The notes: generated from the letters alone by a model not told the origin. Positions 18,578 through 27,228 are shown, counted from the stretch's first letter. The stretch: 58,941 bases of DNA from Candidatus Woesearchaeota archaeon CG_4_10_14_0_2_um_filter_33_13 (GCA_002792115.1 PFNQ01000028.1:1-58941), one strand, 5' to 3'. Made by a program: numbers and translations.

Positions 18578-18610
18578 TTGTTGTTGTTATTGTTATTATT
18601 ATTATTATTA
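18578..18610. repeat. Trinucleotide microsatellite (TTG)3 TTA TTG (TTA)6 in the origin core
   Basis: Read directly: ttgttgttgttattgttattattattattattatta. It lies in the most AT-rich part of the intergenic region and is a candidate unwinding element. Confidence 0.8.
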
Positions 18611-18746
18611 TTTTCAATATAGTAAATAAATAATAGATAAATAATAAATAAACAAAAATTCAAATACAAAAGAATTTATAACTAAAAATGAACACAACAA
18701 TAAATTACATTTAACAATTAATTATTAAATTAGAATTATAATTTTA

Positions 18747-18761
18747 ATTTCCATGAGAAAA
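18747..18761 (+). promoter_or_regulatory. mini-ORB-like box (no G-string)
   Basis: ATTTCC ATG AGAAAA has the same half-site pattern as the two flanking boxes. Confidence 0.4.
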
Positions 18762-18891
18762 ACAATATTAATCAATCGAAGAGATTTCATTTTTTATATA
18801 TTCCCTTGAATAATTATTCTTGTTTTCTATGGTTTTAACTTTATCAAAGTACTATTAATTTTGTAACCACACTCATTTTTTTAATTTAATA

Positions 18892-18919
18892 GTTTCCATA
18901 AGAAATGATAGGGAGGGAG
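18892..18919 (+). promoter_or_regulatory. ORB-like origin recognition box (dyad plus G-string), inverted relative to 18220-18246
   Basis: GTTTCC ATA AGAAAT GATA GGGAGGGAG on the plus strand. Its G-string points away from the AT-rich core, mirroring the left box. Confidence 0.55.
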
Positions 18920-19008
18920 AATATATATTATAATTATAAATATTCAAATAAAACAAGAAAACAAGAGAAGAAATGTTTATATAACCTTTTATACATACTT
19001 TTTAAGGT

Positions 19009-19848
19009 ATGGTACTAGAATCTTTATTTAATCCGTTTATGGTAAAGAAAAAACCATGGGAAATGTTTTTAGCAGGATTTGTATATTCAATTGTGGGACT
19101 TATCTTATCATTTATCGTTTTTAGGGAAATTTCTGGAATATTAACTGTATTTTTGATTGTTATGGCCACAATCCCTTTACTTTATACCACTATTAAAAAT
19201 GAGGAAGAATTAGACTTAAGGTTTGATAAAGAAATTTTTATGTTAAAAGAGCACACCAAAGTTTTAATTTTTTTGATGTTTCTCTTTTTAGGCATAACCA
19301 CCGCATTATCCTTATCTTACATTTTTTTGCCAGAAAGTATTATCAATATTACATTTAACCTACAACAACAAGCCATTATAAACACAAACAATAATGTACA
19401 AGGAAATATTACACAAATAGGATTGCTTACAAAAGTAATTTTAAATAATATTAAAGTACTATTTTTTTGCATAATCTTTTCATTTTTATATGGTACGGGG
19501 GCTATTTTTATTTTAACATGGAACGCTTCTGTAGTATCTGCAGCAATTGGAAACGCATTTAAAGCAGAAATTGCTAAAGGAGCATTATTAGTGGGTTTGC
19601 CGCAGATATCATCTTATTTTGGGGCCGCCTCTTTTAGTGTTTTTAAATATTTAACTCATGGGTTATTAGAAATGGCTGCATATTTTGTGGCAGGATTAGC
19701 GGGGGGAATCATTTCTATTGCGTTGATAAAACACAATTTTAAAGAAGACAAAGTATTTATTGATGCGTTAGACTTAATTTTAATCAGTTTAGGTATTTTA
19801 GTTGTTGCAGGGTTTGTGGAGGTATTTGTAACTCCTTTATTCTTTTAA
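19009..19848 (+). CDS. SpoIIM/DUF95-family integral membrane protein
   Basis: 279 aa, about 6 TM helices. ILNNIKVLFFCIIFSFLYGTGAIFILTWNASVVSAAIG resembles the conserved NN...G..G......NG core of the stage II sporulation protein M family. Confidence 0.55.
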   Translation: MVLESLFNPFMVKKKPWEMFLAGFVYSIVGLILSFIVFREISGILTVFLIVMATIPLLYTTIKNEEELDLRFDKEIFMLKEHTKVLIFLMFLFLGITTALSLSYIFLPESIINITFNLQQQAIINTNNNVQGNITQIGLLTKVILNNIKVLFFCIIFSFLYGTGAIFILTWNASVVSAAIGNAFKAEIAKGALLVGLPQISSYFGAASFSVFKYLTHGLLEMAAYFVAGLAGGIISIALIKHNFKEDKVFIDALDLILISLGILVVAGFVEVFVTPLFF

Positions 19849-19873
19849 ATAAATTTCACAAAAAATAGTGTTT

Positions 19874-20632
19874 TTACAAAACTTTTACTTTCCCCGGAGA
19901 ATTTTGAAAAATTTCTCCTTTTTCTAACATCCTTTCCAACATCTTTTCGGTGTCATTTATTTTAGAACTAGCAATGATCTCTTCTATTAATACACCCTGT
20001 CCTTGGTCCATATCTTTTATTAATTTCAAAATCTTTTCTATCGGCAAGAGGGGTTGGTCGTCAACTTCTTTTATTTCTTCTGTAAAAATATCGACTTCAT
20101 CAATCCTTTCTTCAGAAATTTCAGAAGCAACAACATAAGGAGTAGAAATTTTCTTTATTTCTGTTTTTGTCAAATTTAATTTTAAGATCAAATCTTTTAA
20201 TTCAATTGCCCGTAATTTTAACCAATCAGAATTTATTTTTTTAATTATTTCTGGTGAAACATATTTTTCTTGATTATAGGTTCTTGTTTTTCCAATAATA
20301 AGTACGGAATCCCCCACATCTAATTTATCATACAAAACATTTTCTTCGAAGGAACGAAGAATTATACTTCCAGTACCATCATCTACTAAAAAATTGGTTA
20401 TAGAACCAACCCTTTCTTTTGTAAGAATAATAGCCATTAAATTCAAGCGATATATTTTTTGATTATCCGTTGTCAATAAATAATTTGGTTCATTATCTTT
20501 TTCTTGAAGATATGTTCCTTGTAAAATATTTTTAATGGTGGTTTTCACAGCAGGAGAACGAGAAAAGTCTATTTTTTGTTCTTCTTTTTGTTCCATTTTA
20601 TAATCTTTGTACAACCCCTCTTTTTGGTTCAA
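19874..20632 (-). CDS. OB-fold protein with C-terminal winged helix, RPA32/Rpa2-like
   Basis: Central OB-fold pattern (YRLNLMAIILTKERVGSITNFLVDDGTGSIILRSFEE...VGDSVLIIGKTRTY), an acidic linker, and a C-terminal wH-like LKLIKDMDQGQGVLIEEII...MLEKGEIFQNSPGKVKVL. The likely true start is ATG at 20596, immediately after the MCM stop. Confidence 0.5.
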   Translation of the reverse strand: MNQKEGLYKDYKMEQKEEQKIDFSRSPAVKTTIKNILQGTYLQEKDNEPNYLLTTDNQKIYRLNLMAIILTKERVGSITNFLVDDGTGSIILRSFEENVLYDKLDVGDSVLIIGKTRTYNQEKYVSPEIIKKINSDWLKLRAIELKDLILKLNLTKTEIKKISTPYVVASEISEERIDEVDIFTEEIKEVDDQPLLPIEKILKLIKDMDQGQGVLIEEIIASSKINDTEKMLERMLEKGEIFQNSPGKVKVL

Positions 20633-22619
20633 ATATGTCTCCCGAACGACGTAATTTTTCTAAAACTCCATCAACATCATCTTTAGAAAGATTCTTTTCC
20701 TTTGCTGCTTCATGAATCTCTTCAATTGGAATCATTTTTGTTCCTGTTTGTTCTTCAAGCGTATTAATAATATCTTTTATTATACTAATCCCACTTCTTT
20801 GAGTTGCTGTAATCCTACTACCAATTCGATCAATATCAATCTGCCCAGTGTCTTTATCTTTAGCAATTTGGTTTAAACAATAATCAACTAATTCTATTGC
20901 CTTTTGAGCATCTTTTTTTGTTACTGTTTTTGACAATCTAACTTTTGCTGCGGCTTCGGAAAGCCTAACTAATGCCTCTAATTGCCTAGCCGTTATTGGA
21001 ACACTTTTAATTCCTGCCTCATCAGCCATTCCTGAATTTCTCATACTAATATAGTATTCTTTCAATTCTTCTATTGCCCCGTCTGTCATTTTAGGATTAA
21101 CCTTGCTTCTGAGGTATGAAAAATATTTTTTTAACACTTCTGTTGAAATTTCAGAAATCACTTTCTTGGGATCTTTATGTAAACTTAAGATAAAAGAAGC
21201 AGTTTGTTCATCTTTTTCTCTGTTAGGCATATCTTTAATTGGAAATATTAAATCAAATCTGTTAATTAAGGTTGGGGGTAAATTAATTTGGTTAGCAATT
21301 AAGTCGTAAGGATCAAATCGTCCAAATTTTGGGTTTGCTGCCGCTAAGACAGTAGTTTCACATCGTAAGGTTGCTTGAATATTAGCTTTAGCAATACTGA
21401 TTGTTTGCTGTTCTAATGCCTCGTGCAAGGCAGAACGATCTTCTTTAGTCATCTTGTCCAACTCATCAATAACTGCAAAACCACGGTTGGCTAAAACTAA
21501 TGTTCCTGCTTCTAGACTCCACCCTCCTAAAAACTCATCTTTAACAACTGCTGCAGTTAATCCTGCCCCCGTTGCACCTTTACCACTGGTAAATCTAGCT
21601 TTTGGAGCCACTTTAGTCATTCGTTTCAATAATTGTGATTTCCCAGAACCAGGATCCCCAATCAGAAGCATATGCATATCTCCTCTTGTGACCACACCAT
21701 CTGGACGAACTTTTCTGCATCCACCCGCTAATTGTAAAACTAAGGCTTCCTTCACTTTATCGTGGCCATAAATGGATGGAGCTATATTTTGAGCTAAAAG
21801 ATGAATTGCATTTGGATTTTTTCCGATTTCCTTTATTTGTTCTAAATCTTCTTCGGACATTTTTGAATCTTCTAAATCTTCTTGTACTGGTTCGATATAA
21901 TTACATTCAATAATCAAATCGTACTTTACAGATTGTCCTCCACTTCGCAAAGTAACAGGAACTTCTACTAACCAACCACATAACTTTACTCTCGAACCCG
22001 GACTGCTTTTCCTTTCAGTTAAAGGAGACACCAAATCATCTTTTAAAAAGACATTAATTCTTTTTGGTTGAGATCCATCAAGTTCATCGGGGGCTTCTTC
22101 TAAAACTAATCCTTGTCCATCAACAAGTTCTTTAGAAATTTCTTTGAACTTCCCCTTTCTACCACACCCGCACCGACTTGGCTCTTTGTATTTTTTATCT
22201 AATTGTAAAACATTCAGAATATTTCCACAGGACGGACATTCAAATTTTGCAGCAGTAATATGTGGGCGCACATCTGATTTTTGTCGCACAATCCCTTCTA
22301 AAGCAATCAATTTGTTAAGGTGTTTACTTCTAATTTCACTGACAATTATTTTTTGTGATTCTGGTATGTTTTTAAGTCGGAGATTAAATTTTGAGATCTT
22401 TTTTGGAAGATCAAATTCTTTAACTGCTCTTTCTCCTGCCTTTAAAAGTTCTTCAGGTTGTTCTAATAATTCTTCACAAATTTCTGTGTTAAACTTAATC
22501 AATAATGAGAAGTCTAATACCAAATAAGTTTGTCCCTTACGAACAGCTTCTAATAACTGGGGATAATAATTCTGTTCAATAAACTCTCGAAATACTTTTA
22601 TCTGTTCGTCTACTTCCAT
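20598..22619 (-). CDS. mcm: MCM replicative helicase
   Basis: Zinc finger CPSCGN...CGCG, Walker A GDPGSGKSQ, Walker B VIDELDK, arginine finger NRFDLIF, C-terminal wH. The start is set at MEVDEQIKVF (ATG 22617-22619). The 59 extra N-terminal codons in the ORF track overlap the TBP gene and look like non-coding read-through. Confidence 0.95.
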   Translation of the reverse strand: MEVDEQIKVFREFIEQNYYPQLLEAVRKGQTYLVLDFSLLIKFNTEICEELLEQPEELLKAGERAVKEFDLPKKISKFNLRLKNIPESQKIIVSEIRSKHLNKLIALEGIVRQKSDVRPHITAAKFECPSCGNILNVLQLDKKYKEPSRCGCGRKGKFKEISKELVDGQGLVLEEAPDELDGSQPKRINVFLKDDLVSPLTERKSSPGSRVKLCGWLVEVPVTLRSGGQSVKYDLIIECNYIEPVQEDLEDSKMSEEDLEQIKEIGKNPNAIHLLAQNIAPSIYGHDKVKEALVLQLAGGCRKVRPDGVVTRGDMHMLLIGDPGSGKSQLLKRMTKVAPKARFTSGKGATGAGLTAAVVKDEFLGGWSLEAGTLVLANRGFAVIDELDKMTKEDRSALHEALEQQTISIAKANIQATLRCETTVLAAANPKFGRFDPYDLIANQINLPPTLINRFDLIFPIKDMPNREKDEQTASFILSLHKDPKKVISEISTEVLKKYFSYLRSKVNPKMTDGAIEELKEYYISMRNSGMADEAGIKSVPITARQLEALVRLSEAAAKVRLSKTVTKKDAQKAIELVDYCLNQIAKDKDTGQIDIDRIGSRITATQRSGISIIKDIINTLEEQTGTKMIPIEEIHEAAKEKNLSKDDVDGVLEKLRRSGDIFEPKRGVVQRL

Positions 22620-22695
22620 ATAAAACAAGACCCCCCCCGATTGACTTAATAAAAATAAAAGGAAATAATTTAAAGGTTTATATGTTCCACAACAG

Positions 22696-23256
22696 TTATT
22701 TTTTATCCAACAGTTTTTTAAGATTTTCAATAAGCTTATCTGTTGCTTCATGAACCTGTGCTTCTGTTTTTGTTCCAGTACAAACAATTTTACCATTACT
22801 AAACAATAAGAATGTTGCGTTAGTTCCTTTTAGTTTGTGTACTAACCCAGGAAACTGTTCTGGTTCATATTCCGTGTTTGGTAATTGAACCCCTAAAACG
22901 TTTAAGTTAAGATCCATGCCAATACTACCAGACGCCACGATATTTTGTATAGTAATAACCGGTTTAATAGTTACATTGATATTTAGTTTCTTTAAACTTT
23001 TGATAATACTTTGAATACTTCTATCAACATCCTCTAAAGTTCTTGCCCCGGTACATACCACTTTTCCACTTGAGAAAATCAAAGCAGAAGTTTTAGGTTC
23101 TTTAATTCTTAAGACTAAACCTGGAAACTGTTCGGGATTGTACTCTGTATTTGGCAGAGTTGCTGCCATTTTTTCTAATGGAATTTCTTTTTCTAATCCT
23201 GTAGAAACAACTATATTAACAACGGAAATCTCTTTTTTTGATGTTTTTTTTGCCAT
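22696..23256 (-). CDS. tbp: TATA-box binding protein
   Basis: 186 aa with two direct repeats, each containing NIVVS/NIVAS...EYNPEQFPGLV...SGK.VCTG. Confidence 0.95.
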   Translation of the reverse strand: MAKKTSKKEISVVNIVVSTGLEKEIPLEKMAATLPNTEYNPEQFPGLVLRIKEPKTSALIFSSGKVVCTGARTLEDVDRSIQSIIKSLKKLNINVTIKPVITIQNIVASGSIGMDLNLNVLGVQLPNTEYEPEQFPGLVHKLKGTNATFLLFSNGKIVCTGTKTEAQVHEATDKLIENLKKLLDKK

Positions 23257-23499
23257 GTTTAAACCCCCAAAATCACCTCATCGTCTTTATAAAGCAATCT
23301 TGTTCTTTTTAAATCTTACCTTTATAAATAAACTGAATATACTTAAGTATTAAAAGTATATGTTTTGACTTTTTGTGGTTAAGGTTCTTTTCTAATGGAG
23401 AAATAGACGAAGGTTTAAATATTGATCTGTTGCAAAAGCAATGAAGGGGGTTTAAAAATAAGTAAACTTTTTTAAAACAGAGAAAGTCTGACATTACAA

Positions 23500-24300
23500 A
23501 TGAAATATACCGACATTTTACTTCGATATGGGGAAATCTTCCTTAAAGGTAAAAATAGAGGGGATTTTGAACGAAAACTTTTGGAAAACATTAAAATCTT
23601 AACTGGACAAAAAGTTCAGTTCTTACGCGGTCGGGTTTTAATGGATTTTTTTTTGGGTCACCATAAGTTAAAAACGGTTTTTGGGTTAACTTCTTATTCC
23701 CTTGCTATTAAAACGGAGAAAGAAATAGAAAAGATAAAACAAATAGCTTTAGAAATGTTAAAAGATAAAATTGGTACCTTCAAAGTGAATACTAAACGCT
23801 CCGATAAGCAATTTCCAATAGAATCTCCACAAATTAATTTCCAAGTTGGTAAGTTTGTGGAAGAAAACAGTTCTTTAATCTCAGATTATAAAAATGCAGA
23901 AATAATACTTAGTATTGAAATAAATCAACAAGGAGCATATCTATTTTTTGAGAATATCTCTTGTTTTGGAGGCCTACCTACAGGTAGCGGTGGGAAAGTT
24001 GCAGTTTTATTAGAAAATGAGGCCAGTTTCTTAGCAGGATTGTTATTCATGAAAAGGGGATGTTCCATACTTCCATTTTCCTTTACTAAAAGAGACCTTT
24101 CTCTTTTACAAAAATATTCGCCCCAAAAATTAGAGTTAAAGAAAATTACCAATTTAGATGAATTAAATGTTGACGTTTTAGTTGTTGGCGATACCTTTGA
24201 TAACACAAAAAAATATTCAACACAGCTTTTGGTTTTCAAACCATTAATTGCTTACACTCCAAGGGAGATTAAGGAGCAATTAATTTTTTATGCAGAATGA
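23500..24300 (+). CDS. ThiI-like THUMP-domain protein with a replaced, truncated PP-loop domain
   Basis: N-terminus ILLRYGEIFLKGKNRGDFERKL plus a THUMP region, as in tRNA 4-thiouridine synthase ThiI. Where ThiI has G.LP.G..GKV..LLSGG.DS, this protein has GGLPTGSGGKVAVLLENEAS, and only about 100 residues follow. Confidence 0.65.
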   Translation: MKYTDILLRYGEIFLKGKNRGDFERKLLENIKILTGQKVQFLRGRVLMDFFLGHHKLKTVFGLTSYSLAIKTEKEIEKIKQIALEMLKDKIGTFKVNTKRSDKQFPIESPQINFQVGKFVEENSSLISDYKNAEIILSIEINQQGAYLFFENISCFGGLPTGSGGKVAVLLENEASFLAGLLFMKRGCSILPFSFTKRDLSLLQKYSPQKLELKKITNLDELNVDVLVVGDTFDNTKKYSTQLLVFKPLIAYTPREIKEQLIFYAE

Positions 24301-25026
24301 ACATGTTTTCTTAATCTTTAATCTTTTAAATTCTGTATTCCAAATGTTATAATAATATAAGATTGGGTCAACTGTTTCTTTTAGCAACAGTTTAGTCGCT
24401 AACGTAACTTGTAATGCTGCAATAGATGCAGGAATTGTATTAATAATGCCGGAAGTACATGCTGAATCTAAATCCGCTTGCTTTAAAAAACAACGTAAAC
24501 AGGGCCCTTCTGGAAGAATAGGCATTACATATCCATATGTTTTAACACAAGATGAATAAATCCAAGGTTTTTTATTTTTTTTACAATAATCGTTAATTAA
24601 AAATCTTGTTTCTAAATTATCAGTACAATCCAAAATTAAGTCTGCGTTTTTAAGAATTTCTCTATTATTTTCGTTTAATTCTATTACTTTTGCTTCAATC
24701 TTCACCAAAGAATTTGTTTTTTCTAATTTCTCTTTGGCAATTTCTGCTTTGTTCTTTCCGACATCCTTCTCTACAAACAATGTTTGTCTTTGTAAATTAG
24801 ATTCTTCAATTTGATCCACATCAATTAAAGTTAAAGAACCAATTCCTGCACGGGTTAAAAGTTCCGCAGTGTTAGTGCCTAAGGCGCCCACTCCTATAAT
24901 AATAACCTTTGATTGAGATAATTTTTCTTGACCTTTGTAACCAATCTCTTTCAAAATAGTTTGCCTAGAATACTTTTCTTGCGCAAAAGTGTTTGTTTTA
25001 AGATTACACCCTTTTCTTTTTTCCAT
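24280..25026 (-). CDS. ThiF/MoeB/UbaA-family E1-like adenylyltransferase
   Basis: 248 aa. YSRQ, nucleotide-binding IIGVGALGT, D..DN...R, two CxxC pairs (CLRC, CSFC). Confidence 0.85.
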   Translation of the reverse strand: MEKRKGCNLKTNTFAQEKYSRQTILKEIGYKGQEKLSQSKVIIIGVGALGTNTAELLTRAGIGSLTLIDVDQIEESNLQRQTLFVEKDVGKNKAEIAKEKLEKTNSLVKIEAKVIELNENNREILKNADLILDCTDNLETRFLINDYCKKNKKPWIYSSCVKTYGYVMPILPEGPCLRCFLKQADLDSACTSGIINTIPASIAALQVTLATKLLLKETVDPILYYYNIWNTEFKRLKIKKTCSFCIKN

Positions 25027-25963
25027 TTTTAAGGACCTCTTTTAACTTGCAGGTGTTACAGATCTCTTGGTTTGCCGGCTCTTGACAAATCTTACAAATA
25101 TTTAATGGAGAACTATTAATTTTAATTTGATGTTCTTTGATTAAAGGCAACACTTCTAAAAAGGAATTGATAATACTTTGTTTTGTACCTTTGTACTGAT
25201 TTTCAAAGTCATTCAACATATCTCTTACCTTAGCTCGTAAACCTTCTTGGGCATAAGGGCATTCAGTAAAGTCAACTTGAAATCCTTTTAATAAACAGTA
25301 TAATCTGGTTTCCTTTTCAGCACAAAAATATAGGGGCTTCACTCGTTGAACAAATAAATCATGATCTTCTATCCCAGAAACTGGTCCAAGATGTGCGGAA
25401 AGGCTAGTATTTGCTTTAAACGTGTTCATAATAATTGCCTGAGCTTCATCATCTAAATTGTGACCGGTAACTAATTTTGTTGCTTTGTTCTTTCTAGCAT
25501 ATTTATTGATCAAGTATCTCCTCCATACTCCACAAATATTACATGGTTTCTTTTTTGTTTCTTTATTGATAATTGGATAAGCTCGATCTAAAGTGTACCC
25601 AAACTCTTCTTTTGCTGAAGCAATAACCAATTTAATTTTGTGTTCTTTACAAAACGTTTTTAAATCTTTAATTGTGGTTTTTCTGTAATTAGCAATACCT
25701 TCATCAATCAATAAAGCAAAAAGATTTGTTTTTAAGTCGTATTGTTCTAAATATTTTTTTGTCAAGTAAAGTACGGTTAAAGAATCTTTTCCTCCAGAAG
25801 CAGCTACGCAAATCCTGTCGTTTCTGTCAATTAATTTGTATTTCTTTATGGTTTTGAAAACCTTTTCTTCAAAGTAATTTAAGAAATGTATCTTGCATAG
25901 AGAACCATGTTGTAATTGAATAACTGCTTTTCCGGAACATTTACTACATTGCATCTTATCCAC
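25004..25963 (-). CDS. tRNA 2-thiolation PP-loop ATPase, TtuA/NcsA (Ctu1) family
   Basis: 319 aa. N-terminal zinc finger CSKCSGK...C, PP-loop VAASGGKDS, Fe-S ligand region PCNICG, TGHNLDDEAQ, C-terminal CKIC...CNTC. Confidence 0.85.
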   Translation of the reverse strand: MDKMQCSKCSGKAVIQLQHGSLCKIHFLNYFEEKVFKTIKKYKLIDRNDRICVAASGGKDSLTVLYLTKKYLEQYDLKTNLFALLIDEGIANYRKTTIKDLKTFCKEHKIKLVIASAKEEFGYTLDRAYPIINKETKKKPCNICGVWRRYLINKYARKNKATKLVTGHNLDDEAQAIIMNTFKANTSLSAHLGPVSGIEDHDLFVQRVKPLYFCAEKETRLYCLLKGFQVDFTECPYAQEGLRAKVRDMLNDFENQYKGTKQSIINSFLEVLPLIKEHQIKINSSPLNICKICQEPANQEICNTCKLKEVLKNGKKKRV

Positions 25964-26159
25964 CAGAAACTACGTTTAGAATCTCTAAACTATCTTTGTC
26001 ATTTAATACATCATCTTCAGTTAAAACTTCATTATTTCTAGTAAGGATAACCGTTTCTGGATTAATCTTTAATTGTTCCAAAAGATCTTTAACAGTGTTT
26101 TTCGAAAAGGAAATATTTTTTTGTTTTTGTTCTGTTTCTCGTTTTATTAATATATTCAT
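25956..26159 (-). CDS. Ubiquitin-like sulfur carrier (ThiS/MoaD/TtuB/SAMP-like) ending in Gly-Gly
   Basis: 67 aa with a beta-grasp-sized sequence ending ...LEILNVVSGG before the stop. Overlaps the start of the TtuA-like gene by 8 nt. Confidence 0.75.
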   Translation of the reverse strand: MNILIKRETEQKQKNISFSKNTVKDLLEQLKINPETVILTRNNEVLTEDDVLNDKDSLEILNVVSGG

Positions 26160-26299
26160 TGTATTCCTCTTGCTCCTAATGAGCCATTGGTAAAGATTAA
26201 TTTTGTTAAGTATTTTATAAATCTTTTGAGAATTCTTTTCCCCTTAGTGGTAAATTAAAAGAGAAAATTTTTTAAACAAGTGTTCATTTTACTGAACAA

Positions 26300-26824
26300 A
26301 TGTTCAAAATAATAAACACTCTTGCGCCCTTTTTTGAGGAGCCCGTCCGAGAATTTAATGTCCGCGAGGTATCTAGGATTCTCCACATCTCTCCGGCAAC
26401 AGCCAGCAAAGAATTAATGTTAAGAGCAAAAGAAGGAATATTAAGGGGTAGAAAAGAACGGAACTTACTTTTGTATAAAGCAAATTTAGATGGGCAACCT
26501 TATTTAGACTTAAAGGTTTATTATACCCTTCGAAAAATCAAAGAAAGTGGGTTAGTAGAAGAATTAAATCGGTTTTACTTAAAACCAACTATTGTCTTGT
26601 TTGGTTCCTGTGCTCGCGGGCTAGATACAGAAACTAGTGATATTGACGTTTTAATAATCTCAGAAAAAACGCAGGAATTTTTAAATGTTAAAAAATATGA
26701 GAAAAAACTCAGTCGTAAATTACAGTTTTTTGTTGTTAAAAAGGTTCAGGATCTAAAGAACGAACATCTAATAAACAACGTTTTGAATGGCATTGTCGTC
26801 CAAGGAGCAGTAAAATGGATTTAG
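26300..26824 (+). CDS. Minimal nucleotidyltransferase (MNT) with N-terminal wHTH
   Basis: wHTH FNVREVSRILHISPATASKEL. Polymerase-beta-type NTase motif LFGSCARGLDTETSDIDVLI. Confidence 0.8.
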   Translation: MFKIINTLAPFFEEPVREFNVREVSRILHISPATASKELMLRAKEGILRGRKERNLLLYKANLDGQPYLDLKVYYTLRKIKESGLVEELNRFYLKPTIVLFGSCARGLDTETSDIDVLIISEKTQEFLNVKKYEKKLSRKLQFFVVKKVQDLKNEHLINNVLNGIVVQGAVKWI

Positions 26825-27228
26825 ATGATTGTTTGAGAAAAGGATTGATTAAAAAGACCAGGGTTGATTTAGAGTTAATCCAATCTTTGGTTGAGATGGC
26901 GCAGATAAAAGAAGATGCAGTTAATAACGCAGAAATAAATCAAATTAACATATCTGCCTATGTTTCTTTAGCCTACGATGCGTTAAGAGAAGCACTGGAA
27001 GCGTTCTGCGTTAAGAGTGGGTATAAGGTCTTGTCTCATGTTTGTATTGGAGAATTATTAAAGAAGTTGGTAGATAACCTTTATTTTGAAGAGTTTGATA
27101 GAGTAAGGTGGATTCGTAACAGTATCAATTATTATGGGCAAAAAGTAGATTTTGATCAGGGAACAGAATTAATTAAAAAGATATTTGCAATTAAAAAAGA
27201 AATTTTAGCGAGACTTCAAAGTGGATAA
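26815..27228 (+). CDS. HEPN domain protein, partner of the MNT
   Basis: 137 aa, all-helical, with the conserved RWIRNSINYYG region in the HEPN motif position. Overlaps the MNT gene by 10 nt, the typical MNT-HEPN pair arrangement. Confidence 0.68.
   Translation: MDLDDCLRKGLIKKTRVDLELIQSLVEMAQIKEDAVNNAEINQINISAYVSLAYDALREALEAFCVKSGYKVLSHVCIGELLKKLVDNLYFEEFDRVRWIRNSINYYGQKVDFDQGTELIKKIFAIKKEILARLQSG

Larger units (their letters stand above)
18217..19008. other. Predicted chromosomal replication origin (oriC): AT-rich non-coding region with ORB-like boxes
   Basis: About 790 nt without a credible ORF, directly upstream of orc1. Outward-facing inverted ORB-like boxes sit at both ends, one mini-ORB lies inside, and the centre contains long A/T runs and a trinucleotide microsatellite. 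Confidence 0.7.

Noticed and set aside
22620-22796. 59-codon N-terminal extension of the MCM ORF in the track
   Set aside because: It overlaps the 3' end of the TBP gene and translates to non-protein-like sequence (MVKLFVLEQKQKHRFMKQQ...). The conserved MCM N-terminus starts at MEVDEQIKVF (ATG 22617-22619).
23309-23494. 61-aa minus-strand ORF between TBP and the ThiI-like gene
   Set aside because: It lies in the divergent promoter region, has a Phe/Leu/Lys-rich low-complexity translation, and has no RBS or conserved motif.
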